Source: Octopus vulgaris (taxonomy: Eukaryota). Taken from it: a DNA stretch of 64,000 nt. The DNA is taken from positions 37,758,001 to 37,822,000 of the forward strand of contig OX597828.1 of assembly GCA_951406725.2 (NCBI GenBank), written 5' to 3'. The notes beneath the pieces are model-generated. The model had not been told where the DNA came from. It was given only the letters and a program-made list of their open reading frames with translations, and did no database searches. Position numbers and translations under genes: made by a program. How positions within the stretch are numbered: position 1 is the first letter of the stretch; every line of letters starts with the position of its first letter. Positions 1 through 13,621 of this stretch are shown here, in pieces.

Positions 1-221
1 AATTTTACAATAGCCTTTTATTATTATCTTAGATTACATAGATAAGTTCAATGGCTTTAAATTCTCGACGCCAAGAGCGAGATGTCAATGACATTTACAT
101 TGCTGTAGCCAGTAAACTGAATAAAATGGCAAGTTTAAGATATATATGTGTGTACACATACATGCATACATAATATATTACAAAAGTTTTAGTACACACA
201 CACACATATATATATAAGACT

Positions 222-256
<35 letters not shown>

Positions 257-394
257 CATATATCCTTTCCTGAGCGTCCAATAATACTATACTTGTTCCA
301 CGTCCTCGCGTTGTGTTTTCTCTTTGTTCATGTTTGGATTAACTATTTACACACACACACATACACACACACACACACAGATATATATATTTGT

Positions 395-764
395 GGAGGC
401 GCAATGACCCAGTGGTTAGGCCAGTGGATTCGCGGTTCTAGGATCGCGGTTTCCATTCCCAGACCGGGTGTTGTGAGTGTTTATTGAGCGAAAACATCTA
501 AAGCTCTACGTGGCTCTGGCAGGGGGTGCGTAGCGAACCCTGCTGTATTCTTTCCCCACAACCTTCTCTCACTTTTACTTCCTGTTTCTGTTGTACCTGT
601 ATTTCAGTCATGTCACACTGTGTCACACTGACTCTCCCTGAGAACTACCTTAAGGGTACACGTGTCTGTGGAGTGCTCAGCCACTTGCACGTTAATTTCA
701 CGAGCAGGCTGTTCCGTTGATCGGATCAACTGGAACCCTTTTCGTCATAATCAACGGAGTGCCA
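395..764 (+). mobile_element. tRNA-derived SINE, family D (GGAGGCGCAATGACCCAGTGGTTAGG head)
   Basis: A-box-like TGACCCAGTGG and B-box-like GGTTTCCATTCC head, followed by a GC-richer body ending GATCGGATCAACTGGAACCC...GGAGTGCCA; bounded by microsatellites. Confidence 0.7.
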
Positions 765-974
765 CGTATATATTTATATATGTGTGTGTGCGTTTGCGTG
801 TTTGTGTGTGTGTGTACGTGTGCGCGCGCGCACCCGTCTGTATAAATAAACAGAGAGATTACATATATTACCAAACATTTTGTGTGGAAGTGAATAGTCT
901 TGCCCAGCTTATCGGACGTATGAAGACACAGTAAAAGAAAACAAGTTGTCTCTATGTAAAGTAAAAGAGCAAAA

Positions 975-1208
975 ACCCCTTCATTCACAAGTGACCACGG
1001 GTTTGCACCTAGAAAGTTTCTCTCCAAGGCACAAATCCGGGCAAAGTTTTTACGGAAGACCAGCAGTCGCTCATGCATACCACTCTTCTATCGCCACACC
1101 ACAAATGCTACCGATAATGCTTGGCACCAGTGACACGCAACTCATTTCTACAGATGAGTGAACTGGAGCAACGTGAAATAAAGTGTCTTGCTCAAGAACA
1201 CAACACAC
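975..1208 (-). mobile_element. SINE family C, 5'-truncated (V/CORE-like central domain)
   Basis: Homologous to 18011-18347 (TTGCACCTAGAAAGTT, CAGCAGTCG, AAATAAAGTGTCTTG, CAAGAACACAAC); lacks the tRNA head. Confidence 0.8.
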
Positions 1209-2904
1209 AACTTTTCAAAGCACTAATATTTATCATACATTCGCTGTCGAACAGATCGTTTGAATGCATATGTATATCAAGTCAATTAAGTCAGTTAACG
1301 TTAATTGCGTTACAATTCCTAATTTTTTAGTATAATAAAATTGACCAAACGGAGCATAAATATTGCATATTTATTTGATTTTATATGTATTCAGTTTTGT
1401 AGAAATTTCCGTTTCCATGGCGATTTATAATTGCATTAACCAGCATTTCATGTTTATAAGCAATTAGTGGGAAAAGAGCCGAACGTATTTATGGCAATCT
1501 TACTATTGTAATGAAAGGAAGACTATTATGTTTTAGTCACCAACATTATTTTGTCTTTTTCGTATCTTATTTTTGTAATAATTTTTGTATAATGATTTTG
1601 TATAATAAGTTTTATATATACGCTCTAATGACGTTCCCAAATTATTAACGGAAGAAGTATTCAAACATTTTACGATGCATCTAAACAATAATTATCCAGT
1701 AAAATAATACAGGATTATTAAAACAATATTGATATGCCGAATTAGTAATTTATAAAAATTATATGAGACATTACAGGCGAGAAGCATTCTTAAAGAGATA
1801 ACAAATAACTGGCTTACTAACCGCCAGTAATTTTACGGCAATAATTGCTACTTACACTGCCGATATAAATTTTAATGAAGAATACTAGTAATTAATTAAT
1901 CCATAACCATATTTGATTAGAGAGAAAAACAGTAGTTCCCCAATAGGTTGTTTAATTTATCTATTAATGTATAATACACAAGTATAGAGAGTTCTAGAAC
2001 GATTATGAGTATGAGCAATTCAATGTTGTTGAATAAGTCGTAGAAGAATAACTTCTCTCTCTTATGACCTTCAGTGTCCTGAAAACATTGGGCTCCTTTG
2101 CGCACAGCATTCTGAGAAACCGATTTCTCCACACGTTGTGTCTCGTCAGCCAGGAGTAGCCAGAACTCTGAGCATAAGCAAATCCATTGACTATCTTTAT
2201 GCTTTCAACGAACAAAGTTCTTTTATGATCGGTGCATATATCTCCCAAGCGCTAAAAGTTTGTTATTTTCACCGCCTTCATGTAGATGTGGAGTGAATAA
2301 TTAAATAATTATATATCTATTCTTGATACATTTAGACAGGTTCAAATGCAAAATTTGTCTGCTTGTGTCGGGTTCGTCAGACAAGAATACTTTCTTTTAT
2401 GACGAGCGCGTGTCCAATGAATTCAGCACTTTGGGACACGGCATTGTGGGATACTGGTGTTTAGACATGTTGTGTCTGTGTATAATTGTATATTTGTCTT
2501 TATACTTATTAGAACAAAAACTACATATACAGAAGAAATTATGTCAAATTTTCAAGTACGAAACATGAGTAACAAACCCAATCAAACATTGGTATATTCC
2601 CCAAAATATCGTACCAACGTTACATTCTTTATCTGGGTGACTACTAATTCAACTCTGTCAGTCTGTATATCTGTCAATCTACAATCTATGTTTTTCTCTC
2701 TCTCTCTACCCCTCCCTCTCTCTGTATATATATATAAATATATATATATTTATATATGTATATATATATAATATGTGTGTATGTGTGTGAAAATATATTT
2801 ACACACATACACACACACACATATACGCATGTGTGCAAGAATCCATTCATTTTGACTAACCATTATATGATTACCCACATATATAATTACCTATATATAT
2901 AGAT

Positions 2905-2958
2905 GGTGCTCTAGCATGACCGCAGTCAAATGACCTGAAACTAGTAAAAGGATAAAAG
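2905..2958 (+). mobile_element. SINE family A 3' tail fragment
   Basis: GGTGCTCTAGCATGACCGCAGTCAAATGAC...GAAAC.AGTAAAAG matches the family A tail. Confidence 0.7.
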
Positions 2959-3003
2959 GAAAATAATATACATACGTATGTACATATATGGGTTTGTGTG
3001 TGG

Positions 3004-3034
<31 letters not shown>

Positions 3035-3419
3035 CATATATACATATATATACATAGGTGTCAATATCTATATCTGAATAGGTGTGTATTTGTAGTGAAC
3101 TTTGCGATAAATATATGAAAAAAATATGCTCACCTGACACTTTCCTGAATACGTGAACGTAACTTTAATGCCACACTTTATGTCTGCATACTGATCCATT
3201 AAAGATTTTAGTTTGTGCATTTAACAATAGAGGTCATAATTCACGACAATTAAACCAAAATATATATAGATGTACGTATACGTATCCCAAAATCGTAAAC
3301 TGAATCGAAGATAACTCTGAACTAAAATGACTTTGCTGCATCAAAGGTTTTTAGTTAATGCATATGTGCATATATATATATATATATCAATTAAAATCAA
3401 AATCAGAACAAAAGGATGT

Positions 3420-3512
3420 CGCGGTACACGTGTTTCAAGTTTTATAAACGACCTGTTCTTACATCAGTGTATAATTGATATAAAAGATGGTTTAACGGTC
3501 TCTTCAGCCGCA
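3420..3512 (-). ncRNA. Type-I hammerhead ribozyme motif, intact core, expanded stem II region
   Basis: Minus strand reads UGCGG-CUGAAGA-GACC...GGUC-GUUUAUAAAAC-UU-GAAAC-ACGU-GU-A-CCGCG. Stem I GCGG/CCGC, canonical CUGANGA and GAAA boxes, palindromic stem III ACACGUGU, GUA cleavage triplet; lies ~30 nt from a (TA)n tract. Confidence 0.65.
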
Positions 3513-3734
3513 TGCATTGTTATTCCAAAGATTTACATCACACTATAAAAAATATGAAAAGTACATGTAGAATTACCCGTAATAATAGGTATATCATATC
3601 TCCTTGAGAAAGTGTATTTGTAAAATTGCATAACTAAATAGGCGTATAGGGTATCATTGGATTTCCAAAATCTGCCCATATTGTATCACCAGCCAACATA
3701 GAGTGAATGTTAAATAGATTTGAATGGGATCATT

Positions 3735-3952
3735 CTTCTTGTAAGGAAATACAAATAAAGAGAAGGAAAAGGAAAAAGGAAGAAAAAATAGGGAGAACAT
3801 GGAGAGGAAAAAATAGATAGAAAGAATAAAGAGAAAAAAAGAGAGAGAAAAAATATAGAGGGGAAATAGAGAGAAAGAAAAAGGAGAAAAAGAAGGATGA
3901 GGAGAAAGTGGAGAGAGAAAACGTTAAAGAGAGAAACAAGGTAAGAGGACAA
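3735..3952 (+). repeat. Polypurine (GA/A-rich) low-complexity tract
   Basis: Direct composition. Confidence 0.85.
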
Positions 3953-3997
3953 TGTAAGTAAAAGATAATGGTAATTAATGGTAATATATATATATAT

Positions 3998-4083
3998 ATA
4001 TGAATAAAAAATGGAGTTAACGCAGGTTTAAACAAGTAAAAATACTTGTTTAAACCTGCGTTAACTCCATTTTTTATTCATAT
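3998..4083. repeat. Perfect foldback palindrome (41-bp arms, 4-nt loop)
   Basis: ATATGAATAAAAAATGGAGTTAACGCAGGTTTAAACAAGTA-aaaa-TACTTGTTTAAACCTGCGTTAACTCCATTTTTTATTCATAT; begins at the end of a (TA)n tract. Confidence 0.95.
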
Positions 4084-4225
4084 TATTCAAAATATTCAAC
4101 GTAAACACGAAGTTTCAACCTTTATAAACAAGGAGTTACAACATCTTTATTTGTTAGATTTTTGCTGCCCTAGTAACTATTTATTTATTTTTCCGTGTTA
4201 ATTGTTAACAAGGTAAAATACACTC

Positions 4226-4304
<79 letters not shown>

Positions 4305-4343
4305 TGAAAGAGGTTTGAAAAAGCAATTTTAAAAGATGTTTAT

Positions 4344-4389
4344 TTACTTGACCGGTTTCACTTTTTTAGAAAAAGAATGTCAAAAGTAA
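4344..4389 (-). ncRNA. Degenerate minimal type-I hammerhead motif (Penelope-like terminus)
   Basis: Minus strand: TTACTT-ttgacat-tCTTTTT cta AAAAAGt-GAAAC-CG-GT-C-AAGTAA. 6-bp stem I, stem II and GAAACCGGTC intact; CUGANGA box decayed; inside a ~130-bp insert between two (TA)n tracts. Confidence 0.5.
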
Positions 4390-4434
4390 CATGTAAAAAC
4401 TTCATTGTATTAGTTACTGGTTGTCACAAAATAT

Positions 4435-4478
<44 letters not shown>

Positions 4479-4546
4479 TCTTTGATAATAAGAATATGTT
4501 AAGAACAGTTTACAAGGTAAAATCTTGGGAAAATATAAAAACGTTT

Positions 4547-4688
4547 GTGGCTGTGTGGTAGGTAGCTTGCTTACGAACCTCATGGTTCCGATTTCAGTCC
4601 CACTGCGTGGCACCTTGGGCAAATGTCTTTTACTATAGCTTCGGGCTGACCAAAGCCTTGTGAGTTGATTTGGTAGACGGAAACTGTA

Positions 4689-4772
<84 letters not shown>

Positions 4773-4975
4773 GTTGTTTGTGTGTCTGTGTTTGTCCCCC
4801 TAGCATTGCTTGACAACCGATGCCAGTGTGTTTATGTCCCCGTCAATTAGCGGTTCGGCAAAAGAGACCGATAGAATAAGTACTGGGCTTACAAAGAATA
4901 AGTCCCGGGGTCGAGTTGCTCGATTTAAGGCGCTGCTCCAGCATGGCCACAGTCAAATGACTGAAACAAGTAAAA
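4547..4975 (+). mobile_element. SINE family A (tRNA head + CORE-like GGCACCTTGGGCAA + internal (TA)n(TG)n); resembles octopus OR-type SINEs
   Basis: GTGGCTGTGTGGTA head, CCCACTGCGTGGCACCTTGGGCAAATG, tail CAGTCAAATGACTGAAACAAGTAAAA; many copies in the window. Confidence 0.9.
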
Positions 4976-5289
4976 TATTAAAGGAAAAAGATTAAAGTTC
5001 ATTAAAATATTGGGCACAAAAGATTACAATATATATATACATTCTTTAAAAAATGTTAAAGACAGTTTCCAGAAAGAATTATTTAAAAGTTCAGAGGAAT
5101 ATTGGTATTGTATCTGTATATACACAGAAAATTATAAGTTCAAAAAGGTTACATTTTAGTAGTAAGGTAGTTTTAACTAACCTGATTCCCCATATTATTG
5201 TAAAAGTCTTTTACGATAATATGGTGAAAGACAATGGGCACTTGTCTCTTCCACGAGTGGGACAAGTTTTAACAAATGTCTTAGTTTAA

Positions 5290-5700
5290 CTCATAAAAAT
5301 AATGAACCCCGATGTTTCGGATGTTAGTATTTCATCAGAAGACAGACAGAAAGAAAGAGATAAAAGAACAAATGAAATAGTTAAAACACGGTGGCTGGAG
5401 GTCTGGTAGAACTGTGGATCTATGGGGTGGTTAAGATGAGTGGAAAAGAGTATTGTGTGCGTTTATGCTAGAAGATATCCGTGTATAGAGACGAGCATAG
5501 TGTGTATGTGTGTTTTGATATGGAGTGCTCGTGATGTTATTGGGGCTGTGTAGGCGAGTGGAGGTGTGCAAGTATGGGATTGTGAGGGCATGGGATAAAG
5601 AGGGTTGTATCGAAACAGTGTGTTGGTATAATCATATGTGTAACGGGAGGAGACGGTGGCAGACACGACTGTGAGGTGAACGAGAAGGAAAGACAAATGC
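5290..5700 (-). mobile_element. Penelope-like 3' region with degenerate hammerhead (5306-5343)
   Basis: Minus strand CTGATGA-AATACTAACATCC-GAAAC-ATC preceded by a C/A-rich UTR-like tract; same layout as 56240-56868. Confidence 0.5.
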
Positions 5701-6204
5701 GTATTTCAGAAAAAACCGCACACACATACACAAAAACACGCATACACACACACACACACATATTTCTTAAAGTATAATAGAACTTGTTGGTCGTCCATTA
5801 CCATATGTTAATGGCTGATTAAGTAACCTAATTACGTCGTTTAATATGCATGTACATGCCATCTATAATAGCGTTGAGTACGCTATGTTTTCTCAACGTT
5901 ATCTGACTGTGATAAACATTACCGTCTTCGTGTGTGTGTGTGCCTCTGGTTCGTGTTTGACCATATGAACATGTATATGTATGCATGTACGCACACCCAC
6001 ACATATATGTGCGTGTGCGCGCGCGTGTGTTAGTGTATGTGTGTGTCTGCGTGTGCATATGTGTGTGAATGTGTGAGTGTGTATGTGTGGATAGACAGCG
6101 AGGGAGAGAGAGTGACATACATTTATGCATACATGTATGCATATTTGCATGTGTATATACATATATATGTATATATACTGATATATCTGTGCATACATGT
6201 ATGC

Positions 6205-6238
<34 letters not shown>

Positions 6239-7053
6239 ATATGCATAAATATATGAGTGTGTATGAGTGTATATATATATAGACATACATACATATATCT
6301 TTATACATACATATTTATACATACGTATTTATACAAGCGCACACAGTCACTAACACACATTCAAGAATTGCCTGTATCCACAGAACCAATTTAAACGTTT
6401 CCATTAACCTAAACTGTTATAATAGCAGTTGCAAGTCCCATTGGGGAAGGAACCATTTCGCCAACTGATGTTTTTAATGGATTAAGATGGCGGATATGTA
6501 TATAAGGAAGTGAATGTTGGTAAAGATTTTTATTTACATAGTTTAGCAAAATTTCTTCTCTTTTAACAGTCATAGTGAATAGCCGTTTATGCAGAGCAAT
6601 ACGTTCCCTGTTAGTAACCTTTACTACAATAAGAGCAGACAAACCTTATTTTCTATCTAAGTAGAAGTCGCTATATAAAATTAATGTAGAAATGTAACAG
6701 TTTTACGTGCAGAGGAAATCTAACCACCCATAATCGTCGAGGCCAGATCCATGAGGAACAGCTCATGGAATATATTAAAAACGTACAGGAGAGATGACAT
6801 ATGAATGCTACAGAAAATCACGTATTGGTATAACGAAGATTTGCAAGTTAACAAATACACACACATTACTTTAGAAGATGCCACTGTGCTTGTTTGTGTA
6901 AGTTTGCTTATGCGTATAAATATATGTAGGTATATGTGTGTGTACGCCCGCACGTGTATTTCTGCACACATACATATGAAAGAGAATGCATGAAGAGACA
7001 TGCATGCACGCGTATATTCATATATTTTATGAATAGACATACGTATATAAATC

Positions 7054-7098
<45 letters not shown>

Positions 7099-7415
7099 TT
7101 TCTCATCTGATTAGTCTCTCTCTCTCTCTCTCTCTCTATCTATATATCTCTCTGTATATATATCTGCATGCACTACAAGAGTATCATATGGTCGGCACTT
7201 ATGCTCCAGGTCTGATATTCACAAAATATTGTTGTGTATACATGTTACTCCGACCTAACAAGGTACTCCAATCTAAGTACGAAATTCAAATGAATCTCAG
7301 TTATACATTCATACATACATACATACACACACGCACGCACACACACACACACACACATATATATATACATGTGTGTGTGTGTGTGTGTATTTAGGTATGT
7401 ATACATATATCTGTA

Positions 7416-7671
<256 letters not shown>

Positions 7672-8589
7672 AATATATACCCACTCGTATGCTACCTACA
7701 CGTTTTATAAATATATATATATATATAAAATGATAATATATATATATATATATACATATATCGATAGATAGATAGATATACACATAGAATATTTATATAT
7801 ACGATATACATATACGATACGCAACATATTTAGTATACACACATGGACAAAAACAAAACCACAAATACGTCTGTGTATGTATATATATTTAGTGTGTATA
7901 TGTGTATGTATATACACTGTATGTAAAATGGAAGACAAACATACATAAACGCAAACCGTATGATACAGAAACACACGCCAGAGAGGGTCGATTTAAATAC
8001 TTAATCTGTCCATTTATCTTGTACTATTTTCCCTAGCACGAAATTACTTATATATTCAAATATTCAATTTCTTAACTTCACCCTCACCCTTCCATTCGAG
8101 TCCGCAACCATCCAATCATATCCCTAGGCAGCATTCTCCTTTTCTCAATATTTCTCAATTTTTAATGTACATCTAGATATTTCTCTGATTCTGTTTGTAT
8201 AAGCGTCTGCATTTAATATATACATACATGTATATATATATATAGACACGCACACACATATATATATACACGCGATTGTGTGTGTAATATATATATTTAT
8301 ATATGCGTGTGTCTGTGTGTATTTATAAATAAGTGTGCAAATATATGTGAATTTACATTCATGCACACACGCGTATATGAGTATGTGTGCATGCTTGTGT
8401 AATGTGAATGCGGAAGCGTTTATGTGTGTAAATATCTAACACCATAAAACTAATATCTCGTATAATATACAGAAATTTAGATGACAAAATGATATATCAT
8501 ATGTAATCGAATTTACTTACATATTTGCATATTATTCGCCACATGAATTCAAGATGAATGATGAATTAGTTTTACATACAAATATTTGT

Positions 8590-8600
8590 ATCTCTATCTT

Positions 8601-8661
<61 letters not shown>

Positions 8662-8676
8662 TTATTTGTCTGTCTT

Positions 8677-8708
<32 letters not shown>

Positions 8709-8720
8709 TATATCTGCCTG

Positions 8721-8802
<82 letters not shown>
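8590..8802 (+). repeat. (TATC)n microsatellite
   Basis: Direct. Confidence 0.95.
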
Positions 8803-8940
8803 GAGCTAACTGGCTATCTACTATATTATACGATACTCAATACTAGATCTCAAAACCTTAATATTTGCAGGCGTACATGCAGAAATATGCAGCGTGAGTT
8901 ATGAACATAATGTGTCATTCAGTTTTATTTCTAGATCTCT

Positions 8941-9620
8941 CGCCAATACAGAACGTGTCGGTTTCTACTCTAGATGCAACGCCTTCAATGGAATTTCAAC
9001 ATCAACAGGGTATTCTTGTATTTATGCATGTACATGTGCACATTTGTATGTTTCGTTTTATGTATGTATTTTCACTTATATAGCTGCATGTTCAGACATG
9101 CTCATATATACTAAAATGATAAATCTCTAGAAAGTTCTACAGATTTTACAGTTCCAGTGATAGTTTAGATGTGTAGTCTTCGAATCAGCTTTATCCTTTC
9201 TGGTTTTGAGATGCCAAATTTCTCAAGATTGGTACTTAGACACTGTGTTACACATCCGAGTGCCCCAATAATTACATAATAGACCCGAACTTGTTATTTG
9301 GGCAGAATAACTATAGATTTCTCAATGTAGATACTTTCCTATTCGTTGATCTTTAGCTTCATGTTATCATCCGCTGGTCAGCTTCTTTCCACAGCTGTAC
9401 ACAATTTCTCTTCTCTGATCGCAAATCACTATGTCAGGTCTATTATGTTTACATGTTATTAAGGTTTTCTCTGGAATATTTCCCCAGTACTCTTTATTAT
9501 GAGTGGTATTGTCTTCTACCATACTGTTGGCTGTTATTTCTTTGCCAGGGTTCTTCTTTAGACGGATCTCATTATACAGTATCTTAGCTATCATATAGAG
9601 CATCATCTGTATATAATGCC
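8941..9620 (-). mobile_element. RLE-type non-LTR retrotransposon 3' end (R4/Dong/NeSL-like), decayed
   Basis: Minus translation KILYNEIR...EYWGNIP..CKHNRPDIVICD...ADDNMKLK...IIGALGCV...LEKFG: PD-(D/E)xK restriction-like endonuclease signature; 3' UTR shared with 13622-14345. Confidence 0.8.
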
Positions 9621-9748
9621 GTTATGTATGTATATATATATGTATTCATGTATGTATGTGTGTATCTATGTATGCATGTACGTATGTACGCGTGTTTGTG
9701 TGAGTGTGTGTGCGTGTCTGTCAGCGTGTGTGTCTGTCTACGTGTATG

Positions 9749-9787
9749 ACTTTACTTTGAGTTTAATTTAAATTCTTCATCAGAGAT
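9749..9787 (-). ncRNA. Highly degenerate hammerhead remnant
   Basis: CTGATGA-A-GAATTT aaatt AAACTC-AAAG-TA-AAAG; 5' box and stem II present, GAAAC box lost. Confidence 0.3.
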
Positions 9788-10017
9788 TTGCTAACAAAGT
9801 AACAAAACTTTTTGAGTGATAAACAGTCGACGAGTGAGGAGGAGTTAAACTTCTTTTGGTATTTTTCCCGTATTTGTCTCCCGTTACGTGTTTCCGTATT
9901 TTTCTCTCGTTGTTGATGTCCAGTTTTTATTGTGTATTTTTTGGTATTTTTTCCTGTACTTAACTCTCGGGTGTTTACGTGCTTTTCGTTCGTTGATGAT
10001 GTCCTGTACTTAATTTG

Positions 10018-10066
<49 letters not shown>

Positions 10067-10180
10067 CACTGTGTATCTCTCTCTTTCTCTCTCTCTCTAC
10101 ACACACACATATATATAGGGATAAATTGATAGATTGATATATATATATATATACATACATACATGCACATATATATATAT

Positions 10181-10270
10181 AGCTCAAATTTTCAGAAAAC
10201 AAAAGATGAAGACAGGTTATGGAACAACGAGCAGGTGCATTCGTTTAAATCACGGGAAGAATGGAATGCG
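10181..10270 (-). mobile_element. Short Penelope-like terminal fragment between (TA)n and (TG)n tracts
   Basis: Minus strand CTTCCCGTGATTTAAACGAATGCACCTGCTCGTTGTTCCATAACCTGTCTTCATCTTTTGTTTT resembles the T-rich ends that follow hammerheads at 52220-52332 and 56806-56868. Confidence 0.4.
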
Positions 10271-10278
10271 TGTGTGTG

Positions 10279-10315
<37 letters not shown>

Positions 10316-10442
10316 GTATATATATATGTATATATGTATATATATATATACATATATATATATATGTATATGTATATATATATATATGGATATATACATA
10401 TATATATGTATGTATATATATATGTATATATGTATCTATATG

Positions 10443-10485
<43 letters not shown>

Positions 10486-10488
10486 CTG

Positions 10489-10529
<41 letters not shown>

Positions 10530-10592
10530 AGATACTACAAATGATCACAATATGTTTTACTTCTCTCTCTCACAAACGCAGCCACACACACA

Positions 10593-10625
<33 letters not shown>

Positions 10626-11439
10626 GCGTGCGCGCGTGTGTGGAGTATTCTACAAATGATAACCATTTTTTACCTATTTATCGGAACAAAATGTTTTTTA
10701 TCATTCAGAATATATTGAATGCGACATATGATTTATCAATAAGAAATATACACGACATAAAATATATTTCTTGTATGTTCCAATACACTGACTACATTTT
10801 TCGCACTATATTAAAACTATTTTTCATGAAAAAAAAATTATCAGTATATCCTGATTAAATAAAGAATATAAAATGTCGGATTTCTCATATTCGTGAATTG
10901 TCGTATTTTATTATATGTAAATATTAAACCTACTCCAAAATACATAGAAATACACTCACATACTCATTCATATACGCAGAAAAGATACTTTATTGCGTTT
11001 TACGTGTATGTGTGCAATTTTCTGTGTATGTAACAAAGTTATTGTAAGCTATAGAAAATGATGAGAAGCAGACGATATCTTAAAATATATTGCAAACTGA
11101 AATTTCAATGCTGGATAAACGTTGGGTGTTTGTGCGTAGGTGTATGTACGTCTATGCATGTGTATATATAAGGATATATATATATATATGAACACTAATA
11201 ATGATACTAACGATAATAACGATTGTTATTGTTGATACTGTATACCCTGGAAGCTTATATGGTTAAGGTAATATATTTGGAATTGTCCAACGAAATGTAT
11301 CACTAAACGTTTATCTTATGAGAATATTATTGGATTTATACATTAACCCATTTTGAATGCGTAACTGAGAGCAAGCCGGTAAACGTTTGGAGTAATCCCT
11401 TGCTATTTACAAATGTGTGTGTGTGTGTGTGTGTACGTG

Positions 11440-11473
<34 letters not shown>

Positions 11474-11559
11474 AATAACCCACATCGGCATTATAGTAGG
11501 TTTGCAAATTCAATGGTTGATAATCGATGCAGTAGAAACATGTGTAGGCATATTTGGAG

Positions 11560-11623
<64 letters not shown>

Positions 11624-11627
11624 GTAT

Positions 11628-11672
<45 letters not shown>

Positions 11673-11871
11673 AAATATCTATAATATATATATATACAAA
11701 ATATATATAATATATATATATACATATATATATATAAAGGGAATAAAGGTAATGCTTATGCTACTTTGTAATAATCTTTATTATTATTATTATTGTTATA
11801 TATGTAGGTAGGTATTTACAAATATTCATACATAAATATATATATACATGTATACGTTTTCACAAATGTAC

Positions 11872-11923
<52 letters not shown>

Positions 11924-12053
11924 TCACATATACATGTGTGTGAGTATTATGTGTGTAAAAAATATAAAGACATATCAAGTGATATGTATGTATATGTATA
12001 TATGTATATATATATAAAGGTATACATATACATATACATACATATATACCCCC

Positions 12054-12086
<33 letters not shown>

Positions 12087-12280
12087 TAACACGTAAAATA
12101 TGTGCATATCTGTAATCTGGCGTAGTTAGAGTAATGAACATTAAATCTATATAATAAAACCAAGTCCACGGATTTATTTGGCGATGTATGTGTACACAGA
12201 CGACCATTTTGTTTCCCTATATTCGGTATCTTATAAGTATTTCTCCCTTACATTCCATAGAGGAACGTTTATCGGCACAA

Positions 12281-12344
<64 letters not shown>

Positions 12345-12695
12345 TTATTTATATTTGCTTGCATATTCACTTGCAAAAACACACACTATGTTGTGATAAG
12401 TTAATCTGTTAGGTATCAATTTTGAAATATATGAATTTTATTCGATAGAGCAAAGATCAGAAGACAGAGTAAGGTAATAACTTACCTCAATGAAATTCTA
12501 CCATATAGCTGCTACACAACTAATCCCGTGACTTATTACACGAAAAGAAGTAATCTAGACAGGCATGGCTGCCTGGTTATGACTGTTGCAATGCAGCCAT
12601 GATTTTTTTCAGGTTCCGTCACAGTCCTTCGAGTCTTTGTTATCTGTTATTTCTATACATACATACATACATACATACATACATACATACATACA

Positions 12696-12730
<35 letters not shown>

Positions 12731-13041
12731 GCATACATACATATATATGCATACATACATTTATATATATATAAATACATATACATATATATATATAAAC
12801 GTGGAGTAGATGAAATTAAGGCGACTGAAGAAGGGGAATTTTCCTTGTTTGTATGTCCTGTACTCTATTTTTTCGTTGTTTAAAAAAATGTCCATTTCCT
12901 AGATTTTGTGTTTATGTTTTAGTTTCTCATTGTGTTCGACGTTTTTTGGTGTCCTGTACCCATATATGCGTGTACATATACATGTAGAGGTAGGTACGTA
13001 CATATATGTATGTATATATGCATATGTTTTATTTATTTATT

Positions 13042-13080
<39 letters not shown>

Positions 13081-13082
<2 letters not shown>

Positions 13083-13243
13083 GACGGGCTTCTTTCATTT
13101 TCTGTCTACAAAATCCACTCACAAGGATTTGGTCGGCCAGAGACTATAGTAGAAGACACTTGCCCAAGGTGCCATGTAGTGGGACTGATCCCGGAAGCAT
13201 GTGGTTAGTAAGCAAGCTACTTAGCACACACGCACTCCTGCGC
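13081..13243 (-). mobile_element. SINE family A, 5' (head) half only
   Basis: ACGACGGGCTTCTTTC...CACTCCTGCGCC; ends at the internal microsatellite. Confidence 0.9.
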
Positions 13244-13309
13244 CAAATACATATATACATACATACATACATACATATTTGCTGCGTGCATATATATATA
13301 TATATATAT

Positions 13310-13509
13310 ACTCTTACCCTTTTACTCTTTTACTTGTTTCAGTCATTTGACTGCGGCCATGCTGGAGCAGCGCCTTTAGTCGAGCAAATCGACCCCAGGA
13401 CTTATTCTTTGTAAGCCTAGTACTTATTCTATCGGTCTCTTTTGCCGAACCGCTAAGTGACGGTGACGTAAACACACCAGCATCGGTCGTCAAGCGATGT
13501 TAGGGGGAG

Positions 13510-13515
<6 letters not shown>
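13310..13515 (-). mobile_element. SINE family A, 3' (tail) half only
   Basis: CTTTTACTTGTTTCAGTCATTTGACTGCGGCC...CAAGCGATGTTAGGGGG then (CA)n(TA)n; head half absent downstream. Confidence 0.9.
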
Positions 13516-13589
<74 letters not shown>

Positions 13590-13621
13590 TTGTTTTTATG
13601 TATGCATGTATGTCATTATTC

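Noticed and set aside
1917-2251. Possible terminal exon (RLGDICTDHKR...SYSSTTYSTTLNCSYS) after a TTTTAG acceptor
   Set aside because: No recognisable domain; another frame weakly resembles a Tc1-like C-terminus; neither reading can be supported
10134-10858. Long ORFs of IYIY/HTHT/CVCV/YLSI type here and throughout the window
   Set aside because: Translations of stop-free (TA)n, (CA)n, (TATC)n and (TACA)n microsatellites; no coding signal
12820-12850. CTGAAGA-AGGGGAATTTTCCTT as a hammerhead
   Set aside because: Only the 5' box and a hairpin are present; no GAAAC or stem I partner
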